Positions 27,415 through 35,720 of a DNA stretch of 64,000 nt are shown in pieces; positions within the stretch are counted from its first letter, which is position 1; each line of letters starts with the position of its first letter. Origin of the DNA: Chlamydiales bacterium (lineage in GTDB: Bacteria > Chlamydiota > Chlamydiia > Chlamydiales > JAJFMA01). The DNA lies in assembly GCA_030679955.1 (NCBI GenBank), contig JAUXSF010000026.1, positions 112,981 to 176,980 of the forward strand, given 5' to 3'. Position numbers and translations under genes: made by a program. The notes under the pieces are model-generated. The model was not told the DNA's origin, did no database searches, and saw nothing but the letters and a program-made list of their open reading frames with translations.

Positions 27415-28185
27415 TTAGCCTGATGCGTAGGATGCCGCTTCCACTCGGGAATGGACACCAAACTCTAGAAATAGGGGGGAGTGATCAGAAACTTCGTCAT
27501 CCCATTTTTGAAAATCTTGTACGATAATTTCTGGCGATGTAAAGACATAGTCCGCGTACTTTTCGTCTTTTTCGTACCAACTTGTACGTGTAGAAGTCAC
27601 GTTATGTGTTCGGATTAAGTTGTTCATTCCTTTTTCAAGGATGTTTATGCTTTCGGTATCGGGTCTTAAGTTTAAATCACCACACAGTATTTTTGGTGCA
27701 TCGACGTTATCTAGAAAATTTCTGATTTTCTGAGACTGAGCTGTTCTTGCAGGGCTATCGGATTTGCCCATACCATTCCAGAGTCCATGAACATTCAAAA
27801 TGAAGTAGTTCTGGTCATCTTCTGTACGGCATTCCACCCATTGTAGTTTTCTGGAATGAGTGGGCCCACGTCCGTGATAATTAGGATTTTCATGAATACT
27901 AATATCGCCCTCAGCTATTACTTCAATATCCTTTTTGACGAAAATTCCAATGCCGTAGGCATCCTCGGTGACGGGCATAAAAATAGCCCGATGGTTTGGA
28001 AGCGAATCTTGCAACTTTGAAAAGATATCAAGGCAAACTTCTCTATCATCGTCGGACATCTTATTCGAAGCATTATGATAGACCTCTTGAAGGCAAAAAA
28101 TATCAATATCCTGGTGGGACGAAATAAACTTCAAAAGTGGCTCCAGAACATGCCCACCCCAGATATTAAGCGTGACTAGCCTCAT
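27415..28185 (-). CDS. Endonuclease/exonuclease/phosphatase (EEP) family protein
   Basis: MRLVTLNIWGG, FCLQEV, LNVHG, GDLN and the C-terminal SDHSPL motifs of the EEP fold. Lies 9 nt downstream of the AsmA-like gene on the same strand. Confidence 0.7.
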   Translation of the reverse strand: MRLVTLNIWGGHVLEPLLKFISSHQDIDIFCLQEVYHNASNKMSDDDREVCLDIFSKLQDSLPNHRAIFMPVTEDAYGIGIFVKKDIEVIAEGDISIHENPNYHGRGPTHSRKLQWVECRTEDDQNYFILNVHGLWNGMGKSDSPARTAQSQKIRNFLDNVDAPKILCGDLNLRPDTESINILEKGMNNLIRTHNVTSTRTSWYEKDEKYADYVFTSPEIIVQDFQKWDDEVSDHSPLFLEFGVHSRVEAASYASG

Positions 28186-28194
28186 GTCTTCCTC

Positions 28195-31100
28195 TTACTT
28201 AAACGAGTCCAAGAGCTTTTTTGCGCCCTTTTTTAAATTCTTCTGTAGCTCGTCTCCAATAATTCCAGCCTGGTTAGGATTATGTGGAGTGGTTGTCTGC
28301 TCCTGATCTGTGGGTGCCCACGGAGCTTGTCCGGAGGGGGGAGGCACGCTGTCTTCGTGTCCTGCACCGCTCAAGAGGTCGAGCACACCACCAAAAACAA
28401 CTCCTTCACGGGAGCCATGAGCCTGAGCAACCAAGGCTGTGACGCGTGTTGTTGTCTTGGCTTTATCGATAACGGGATTATCGATAGTGCCGGTAAACGG
28501 TATCTGCAGAACATAGTTGTTAGCTAGGTTGTTGAGGCCATATGCCTCTTTCAACGCTTGTGCTGTTAAGCCTACAACCAGTCGAACTCGGTCTTTCATC
28601 AGGTCGATCTTACCCCACATAGCAATGGGAAAACGGTTAGCGACTAGCGCATCCATACGATCAAAGCGTATAAGGCCGTCATAGATAGACATATTCAAAG
28701 GTGTAAACCAAATGGAAGTAGTGTCTGTCAACTTGCGATCGGCTTGCAGGATGCTGACAATGGTTCCCAATGGGCTGTTATTTTCGAGTTCTACCTTGCC
28801 AAGATCTAGCGTCGCACGTGGTACTTTCATCGCTTGGAAGTTAGATGTCTGTAGTGGGAAGGCAAAGCCTTTAGGATCGATGGTAAAGCGAACAGGTTGG
28901 TCTGTAGAACGTGCCGCTGCCATATAGGGCGCCAAGTCCTTTAGCAGCCCCTGACGCAGTTGCGGCGTTACTTGCAGTTCCAATGCCATCGGTTCGTTCA
29001 ATGTTAAAATTTCATTGTCAATCTGGCCGTTTAGCTTAAAGCTACCGCTCTGACCTAAGAATTGAGCATTGATTGTGCCATTGTGTCCAACAAAATCAAG
29101 GTTCAAAGTGCCGCCAACACGCTCACCGATCAGTCCTGCGATGTGACGGCTGGCAGATGCGCGCTGTAAGGGGTAACGTAGAATGTCTGTCAATGCCAGT
29201 TCTTTGGCTTCAAGTGCCGCATGAACCTTCATGGCATGTGTTTCAAACCATCCATTGGCGCTCTTAAGTCCTTCCAATGTGCCGGCAATCGCTAGCGTTG
29301 AAGGTTCGCGTTTTAATTCTGCTGCGCTTTCCTTGGTTGCAAAAGCGAAGTTAACGGTTTTTGCTATGCTAGGGGAGTCAAATGTCAGTGCAACTTGCTC
29401 AAGGGTTGTCTTTTCTTGCGTATCGCGATCCACTAAAACGACGTTATCCGCTGAGAGCTTGCCTTCCAACGAAGGGGAATCCCAGAAGGATATAGAAGAT
29501 CCATCCAACACAATGCCTTGGCGAGAATGCCATGGTAAAGTGAATTGGTTTAATGTCGCGTGGATTGTAGTGGGCTGCGCAAGCTTCCATGGTAATGGTG
29601 TTGCGTAGCCATAATGCTCGAGAAGTTCTTCAGCGGCTTCTGCACGTTCCGGTGTCGCATTCCAAGTGACGATTACTGGCTGAGTGTTTCTGGCAAAGGC
29701 TGTAGAGTCACCCAATGCCATTACTAGCGAACCTTGTAAGTCTGCTGCGTGGAAAGATGCTTGTAATGTTCCGGGAGTATCTTTTTGGCTGAATTCATAG
29801 TTCGCACGTCCGCAAAAGTCTACAGTTTCACCGAGTAACTTTTGCCATCCGTTTTTGCCAGTGGCAGCACTTATGAAGGCCACTGGTAGTTTTTCAACAT
29901 TTACATCTGCTTTAACAATAGCGTTTTGATGACTTTGCCACCCGGAAAGATCAACGGTGGCGTTTAGAGAACCCTGTTCACCTTCATGCTCATATTTAGC
30001 ACGCATGATGATACCGGCGAGGTATTCTGCACCGTCGTAGTTCCAAGAAATGCTTGCATCGCGTAGCGATGCAATTGGTGCGGTCTTGGTATCCACGATA
30101 TCCATTTGACCAATTGCTATCTTGCCTTGGGCAAAGGAGGGGAATCCACCATCTGTCTTGGGATTCCATGCGAGCTGCTCAATACGCAGCTCTAGTGGTG
30201 TCTTTTGGATAAAGTGGGGGGCACCTGGTTCGATTAATCCCAACGAAAGCAACAGTTCTGGCTTGGCATTGTAGCGTAATGTTGCCGGTGTTGTAAGAGC
30301 AAACACACCATCATTAAGGTGGAAGGAGGAGCGGAAGTCCAAAAGCTCGCTCTGAAGGCTGATGCGTGTTTCTGCCACGGCATTGTTTTTTATACTTCCC
30401 TCAACCGTTAGAGAGGCTACGTTACCAAGTCCCGCTGTTAACATAGGGGTAACACCGTCCGGTGCCACATCGGTTGTTGTCACATAACTTAATTGTTCGG
30501 GCTGGCCAGATATGCGTGATTTAAAATTCGAAAAGCGAAGGCGACCATTATTAGGACTGACAAAACCGGACAAAATAAACGGCGCTGTAGCTGCTTCCAT
30601 ATTGATGGAAGCCTTTCCCGCGGTTGGGAAAGATAGTTCATTCAATGTCAAGAGAACGCTTGTGCGATCCTCCAAATTGATTGAACTTTCAGCTCCAAGA
30701 ATGTAGTGAAGTAGAGTTGGTGTAATGTAAAGCTGTACTTGAGCGGGTTGTGCTAATGCTACACCATCATGCAAATCAAATAAAATGCTAGGCGCAGCAA
30801 GGCTATCTGAGCCAATCTGCAGTTCTGCACTAGCATTCTTACCGGACAAACGCGCCTTAGCTTGTAAGTCAAAGTTTGGTCCAATTGTATCGTTCAATAC
30901 GTTTTCAGCTTGAGCAATGTAGTCGACAACGGCTGTTGGTATATTCTTTGCTGTCAAAACGAGGTCTGAAATTCCTGCATCGCCTTGGCTTCCATCAAGC
31001 AACTTACTTCCTAAACGCAGGGTACCTGTTTGGTTTCCTTGCGTAACCGAGCCATTCAAACTGAGTACAAAGGCTCCGCTTGCTTCTAAGCGTTCAAGGA

Positions 31101-32400
31101 GTCCTGAAACGTTGTGCAATTTAACTTCACCCAAAGATCCTTGACCTATCAAGATAGCATCGTTCAGGCCAATTTTAAGACGTACGGTTGGCTGGGCGTC
31201 TTGCGATGACAAGCGTGTGGGCAGGGTCATGCGATCAAATTCAAGATTGATATTCAGATCCTGCTTGAGCGCAAATAATGGCTGTTGTGCGGGATTTGCG
31301 ATCAGAGCCACGCGCTTAAATAGGTCTGGAGAGACTTGAAAGGAGACCTTTCCGGCTTTCTCTAAGATAAGTTTGCCATCGCGAACCTCAGTGATAAGCT
31401 CCGCATGCATGTGCTTGCTGTCACCAGCTATCTGAACGGATGGGCCCGATCGAGTCAGAACGGTATCTAACCTCAGATTAAGTGTCGAGCCTAACGCTTC
31501 GGAAAGGATTCCTGTAAGTTTTGGATTTCCAATCGTTAGCAGTTGGTCAAAAACATCTACAGAAGCATTTTCAATATCTAGCTTAAGGCGTACGAGTCCT
31601 TGGTTTTCGATAGGAAGTGGAATGCCTGTAGAGTTAGGGAGTAAAGCTAAACGCCCTTCGGCATCCAAACCCTGCAAAGCACCTTCAACCGCAAAATGAC
31701 CTGATAATTCATCTTGATGTGATAAGCCTTGAACTTTAGCTGTCGCGCAACCCTTGCTTAGGTCGGAATCGATAACTGCGACAATCTTGTCGAAGCTGAC
31801 AAGATCCATGTCTGGGCCGCTAAGAGCGACGGACGCATCCTTAATGGAGAGGTGACCTGAGAAGGGGACTTGTAGATTGATTTTGCCGGAGGAGAGGTTA
31901 GATTTGTCTGTAACAGCTGAGGCGGTAATCGCTGCTGGAGCAAAGGCGCGGTGTAGATTAGAAACACCCTTTCCGTCCTGCACCAGATAGGCATGTAAGC
32001 CTGTTATCTCCGTGTTACCGATGTCGGTCGAACGAAAGGCTAAAGTTAGAGGGGAGATGTCGGTCTTTAGATTATCCACCGTAGCGACAATGCGGCCATC
32101 TGGATCCTTAACAGTGATCTGGTTCGCCTTTTGGCCGCCAAACCATGCTAGACTTAGATTTCCGATCTCCACGGTTCCCGAGGCATTGTTGTTGACTTTG
32201 CTAAGAATCCATTTTTTACCCCATTCACTACTAAACAGGGTGGGAAGTAGCAAAACAATGAGCAAAATTGCCCCAAACACTGCACCAAGTATGCGCAAGT
32301 AAAAAGTGCTTTTTGGCAAGGTGCAACCAGTACTACATATCGTAGGCTCAACAGGCGGTTGGGGAACGTGTTTTCCAGCTGGGGAATTGTGACGGGCCAT
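28195..32400 (-). CDS. AsmA/TamB-like giant envelope protein (1401 aa)
   Basis: A single N-terminal TM helix (ILGAVFGAILLIVLLLPTLF) followed by SEWGKKWILSKVNN...GTVEIGNLSLAWFGG. The long beta-rich body is repetitive in character. The C-terminal IPFTGTIDNPVIDK resembles the AsmA-family C-terminal motif. Confidence 0.55.
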   Translation of the reverse strand: MARHNSPAGKHVPQPPVEPTICSTGCTLPKSTFYLRILGAVFGAILLIVLLLPTLFSSEWGKKWILSKVNNNASGTVEIGNLSLAWFGGQKANQITVKDPDGRIVATVDNLKTDISPLTLAFRSTDIGNTEITGLHAYLVQDGKGVSNLHRAFAPAAITASAVTDKSNLSSGKINLQVPFSGHLSIKDASVALSGPDMDLVSFDKIVAVIDSDLSKGCATAKVQGLSHQDELSGHFAVEGALQGLDAEGRLALLPNSTGIPLPIENQGLVRLKLDIENASVDVFDQLLTIGNPKLTGILSEALGSTLNLRLDTVLTRSGPSVQIAGDSKHMHAELITEVRDGKLILEKAGKVSFQVSPDLFKRVALIANPAQQPLFALKQDLNINLEFDRMTLPTRLSSQDAQPTVRLKIGLNDAILIGQGSLGEVKLHNVSGLLERLEASGAFVLSLNGSVTQGNQTGTLRLGSKLLDGSQGDAGISDLVLTAKNIPTAVVDYIAQAENVLNDTIGPNFDLQAKARLSGKNASAELQIGSDSLAAPSILFDLHDGVALAQPAQVQLYITPTLLHYILGAESSINLEDRTSVLLTLNELSFPTAGKASINMEAATAPFILSGFVSPNNGRLRFSNFKSRISGQPEQLSYVTTTDVAPDGVTPMLTAGLGNVASLTVEGSIKNNAVAETRISLQSELLDFRSSFHLNDGVFALTTPATLRYNAKPELLLSLGLIEPGAPHFIQKTPLELRIEQLAWNPKTDGGFPSFAQGKIAIGQMDIVDTKTAPIASLRDASISWNYDGAEYLAGIIMRAKYEHEGEQGSLNATVDLSGWQSHQNAIVKADVNVEKLPVAFISAATGKNGWQKLLGETVDFCGRANYEFSQKDTPGTLQASFHAADLQGSLVMALGDSTAFARNTQPVIVTWNATPERAEAAEELLEHYGYATPLPWKLAQPTTIHATLNQFTLPWHSRQGIVLDGSSISFWDSPSLEGKLSADNVVLVDRDTQEKTTLEQVALTFDSPSIAKTVNFAFATKESAAELKREPSTLAIAGTLEGLKSANGWFETHAMKVHAALEAKELALTDILRYPLQRASASRHIAGLIGERVGGTLNLDFVGHNGTINAQFLGQSGSFKLNGQIDNEILTLNEPMALELQVTPQLRQGLLKDLAPYMAAARSTDQPVRFTIDPKGFAFPLQTSNFQAMKVPRATLDLGKVELENNSPLGTIVSILQADRKLTDTTSIWFTPLNMSIYDGLIRFDRMDALVANRFPIAMWGKIDLMKDRVRLVVGLTAQALKEAYGLNNLANNYVLQIPFTGTIDNPVIDKAKTTTRVTALVAQAHGSREGVVFGGVLDLLSGAGHEDSVPPPSGQAPWAPTDQEQTTTPHNPNQAGIIGDELQKNLKKGAKKLLDSFK

Positions 32401-32540
32401 TCCTCTCTCTCCTTTTGTCTAAAGCTCCCTATTCTAGCAATCTATTTACATTTAAAGCCAAGAGGATTTGCACCGCTCAAGCACTATTAATTTTAATTTT
32501 CATGGACTGCAAATCTTTGCTGTGTTGTGTTACTAAAAAA

Positions 32541-32631
32541 ACAAAGCCTTTCGTTAATTATTTACTTGCTTTATATATACATTTTTTATAATATCTACGA
32601 TATATTTTAATCTTATAGTAAGGAGTTCGTA
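32541..32631 (+). promoter_or_regulatory. AT-rich leader with TATAAT (32587-32592) upstream of the 950-aa orphan
   Basis: TTTTTTATAATATCTACG, then a TAAGGAG RBS before ATG 32632. Confidence 0.4.
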
Positions 32632-35484
32632 ATGCAACTTAACTTGGATTTGGGTCAAATAATACGTTCATTCAGCAATCAATCCAACACGCTAAGTGTC
32701 ATCCCAAACTCCTCCATAACCCCTCTCGCAGCAATGCATATCCAGCAGGCTATTCGAGTAGAGAAAGAAAACGTCGATACTCAAAAAATCCTTCAGAATG
32801 TCGACTTAGATCAGTTGTTGCCAACTTTAAGCCAATGTCCGGCAGCATACCGCTTTATGTCGTTAAATTGTTTGTTTAAAAATCTTATAACGATGACTTT
32901 GAATAAGCACTTGAGAGGAGATAAGGCCAAGTTAGAATCGATTTTGATAGATTTGGGGTTTTTTATTACTAATCTCTATAAAGGGGAAGTTCAAGAAAAA
33001 CAGTTAGCCTTTGATTCTCATAGTTTGAGAGGAATAGATATCTTAGCAGAGGAAAGTGAAGATGAAGAAATGAAGCGCTTTCTACAATCTCTACGCGAGT
33101 CTCTCCCACAAGTTATCAGCTCAAATTTCCCCACTTCTGTAAGGAGCGATTTTTATTGGGTTCCGGAAGACAGAAACTTTTTTAATGTTACAGTTTCAAC
33201 ACTTTTGGGGAATGGATCAGAGTTTCAAAATATAGAAGAAAAGGAACGTACGCGAGTCTACTTGGGTACGTTTTTCCCCATAGCGGCTCGTACAGCGTTC
33301 GAGACTGCACTATTCACTAGAGAGAAGATCTGCGAAAAGTTGAATGCAATTGTATTTCAAAAATTAGATAAATTTATTGATACCTCCGATTACTTTCCAG
33401 ATAAAAAGAAGAATGGCGCGTGGTTGATGAAAAAGCGCTTACTTAGTTTTGCTACCAAATTAAAAGGCATAAATGAAGAGCAAGCCAAATTTTATGAATC
33501 CTGCGTAAAACCAAGTTTAGAAATTCTAGCACCATCCTATATGGCGGATTTGCTAAAGGAGGGTCAAATGAAAACCCTCAAAGATGAATTGGAAATTTTC
33601 TCATCTGAATGTGAAAAACTTTGTCAGTCCATGGTTGGTCATAACGATTTGGTGAGTGAAGCCTTGTTGATGTTCTATAATGACGTTGAACGTTATGAAC
33701 TTTTCCTGATTTGGACTAATAAAACGTATGAAGGTAAGACGAGCTTTGTAAGATTTTTAAATGAGAATCGCACGGCGGTTTTAAAAGAAAAAAATCACGA
33801 TGAGCATTGGAACAGGTTTAATGCTTGGCTGTACCGATATTCTCAATCTAATGGAATGGACGCCACATGGAAGAAAATTATCACAGGCCATGGGTCGCTA
33901 GGGCTAGACATGTCACCCGAAGTTTTGGCGCTGGCAGATGAAATATCTTTAGATTTGGAAAAAGTACGAGACCTCACGACAGCATTAAGATTACAAATTC
34001 GATCTCATGTCAATCTCGTGGAAAATTACCGAAATTTGGAAGAGACGAAGGTATTGATCTCTCTTGACGATACCGATAGTAGTATCGAGTCTATAGTGCA
34101 AGATCTCGCTTTTGAAAAACTGGGGGAGCAAAATCCTGTAGGATTTTCACCATCGATAAACATCGTGATAGATGAGCAAACCACAGAAGCGTCTTTAGAA
34201 TCCGTTGATTCGCATAGTTATGGCGAATTAAATGAGATGTTTATGACAGCATTTCAAAAGTTCTCCTTGAGCCATCCTTTGGCAAAACAGGCATTCAAAG
34301 ATGCAAAACAAGCATACAAGAATCTTATTGCAGAGCTTAGATTCCCATTGGAGGCGTCTGACTCAAATTCTCATGCCCATGCGTTAGTTCGCTTTACCTG
34401 TATTATGATGGAAGAAATAGCTACAACACTCATCTTAGAGAAAAATCAACCAGACCAAGATGACCTTAGATTTATAAGGCATAGTATTTTAAGAGACCTA
34501 AATCATAGTAATTTAAATCCAAAATTTATTGAGGTAGCATCGAGGGGATATCAGGTGGAGCAACGTATGAGATATCCGCATACGGACGAGACCTCTGACG
34601 AGAACCAGATGTTGACCACCTTGCGTCAACTCGTGCGAACAACTGCTCCTGCTGAAAGTACCGCACTTTTAAAGGGAATTTACACCTATGTGGAAGAGAA
34701 TCTGAAGGCTGTAGGATCTATACTGGGTTTGGATGAAAATACTATCAAAATTAGAGCCAATCAGGAATCTAATGCAATAGACATCAACTTACCGAGTCAG
34801 ATACTAGCGCACAGTCTAGCAGCAAGCTTAGATGAAATGCGCCTAGATATCGGTCAATTTCTATCCGCATATCCACCGTCAGATACCCCAACCAACAACT
34901 CCGTAGCTAACCATATCGCAGACGCCGCGCATTTACTGGATTTGGTTAAAAGCCGACTACTTAGAAGCTCTGAAATGAGTGCAGAGTATGCGGAGCTTTC
35001 AACTCTCTTACCTTTAGCGATTGAGTCGCTCATTATAGCTATCGCGGGTCGGCAAGGTGGGACACTAGATCTTTCTAAACTAGATCGAAAATCAATGGGC
35101 CATAACTTATTGGAGTTGTATAGCAGTAACAAAATCGCTCAACTACTCTCCAAGAACTGCGGAATTGGAGCTCAGTCGCACGTGAGATTCATGAGGGAAA
35201 CAAGATCGCTTCTTTCCCTAACTCGCTACACTAACGTCCAACAAGCAACGAAGGGTAAAAAACTGGACCAAACGTTATTGAAGCAGGTAAAATTAAGTTC
35301 TACCTTAAGCTATAGCACAAATGCTCCTGTTTCGCAGGATGGTTGGATCTCCGTGCAGGGCACCCGAGCGAAAAGAACGAAGCATGCGCAGCGTGGTCTA
35401 AAAGGTGAGCTGTTAAATCGCACTCAAGGGGGAATTTTAATGGCCCGTGACCTGTTAAAGTTATTTAATACGCTTCACGCTTAA
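32632..35484 (+). CDS. Orphan 950-aa largely helical protein, effector candidate
   Basis: Long uninterrupted ORF with a good RBS, no signal peptide and no motif I recognise. Confidence 0.7.
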   Translation: MQLNLDLGQIIRSFSNQSNTLSVIPNSSITPLAAMHIQQAIRVEKENVDTQKILQNVDLDQLLPTLSQCPAAYRFMSLNCLFKNLITMTLNKHLRGDKAKLESILIDLGFFITNLYKGEVQEKQLAFDSHSLRGIDILAEESEDEEMKRFLQSLRESLPQVISSNFPTSVRSDFYWVPEDRNFFNVTVSTLLGNGSEFQNIEEKERTRVYLGTFFPIAARTAFETALFTREKICEKLNAIVFQKLDKFIDTSDYFPDKKKNGAWLMKKRLLSFATKLKGINEEQAKFYESCVKPSLEILAPSYMADLLKEGQMKTLKDELEIFSSECEKLCQSMVGHNDLVSEALLMFYNDVERYELFLIWTNKTYEGKTSFVRFLNENRTAVLKEKNHDEHWNRFNAWLYRYSQSNGMDATWKKIITGHGSLGLDMSPEVLALADEISLDLEKVRDLTTALRLQIRSHVNLVENYRNLEETKVLISLDDTDSSIESIVQDLAFEKLGEQNPVGFSPSINIVIDEQTTEASLESVDSHSYGELNEMFMTAFQKFSLSHPLAKQAFKDAKQAYKNLIAELRFPLEASDSNSHAHALVRFTCIMMEEIATTLILEKNQPDQDDLRFIRHSILRDLNHSNLNPKFIEVASRGYQVEQRMRYPHTDETSDENQMLTTLRQLVRTTAPAESTALLKGIYTYVEENLKAVGSILGLDENTIKIRANQESNAIDINLPSQILAHSLAASLDEMRLDIGQFLSAYPPSDTPTNNSVANHIADAAHLLDLVKSRLLRSSEMSAEYAELSTLLPLAIESLIIAIAGRQGGTLDLSKLDRKSMGHNLLELYSSNKIAQLLSKNCGIGAQSHVRFMRETRSLLSLTRYTNVQQATKGKKLDQTLLKQVKLSSTLSYSTNAPVSQDGWISVQGTRAKRTKHAQRGLKGELLNRTQGGILMARDLLKLFNTLHA

Positions 35485-35495
35485 CTGTCTTTTGG

Positions 35496-35527
35496 GTGGG
35501 CCTCATTGACTAGACAATGGGGTCCAC
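35496..35527 (+). terminator. 13-bp stem hairpin just after the 950-aa gene stop
   Basis: GTGGGCCTCATTG (35496-35508), loop ACTAGA, CAATGGGGTCCAC (35515-35527), giving 13 pairs including two G-U. No U-tract. Confidence 0.45.
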
Positions 35528-35639
35528 TACACTTAATTCCTTCCCCTTTGCGCCTCTATACGACTTTGCGTTACATTCTTTCCTTTCCCCAACCCGAGCT
35601 TGATGCTCGCGGGATCTCATCTAGAGCATTACCTATATT

Positions 35640-35720
35640 TTAAATTTACTCACCATAAATAAATAATTTATATTATAATAATGTTATGGTAGTTTACTAT
35701 AATTTAATTCGAGAGCAACT
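35640..35720 (+). promoter_or_regulatory. AT-rich leader with two TATAAT boxes upstream of the 740-aa gene
   Basis: TATAAT at 35674-35679 and at 35698-35703. Confidence 0.4.
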
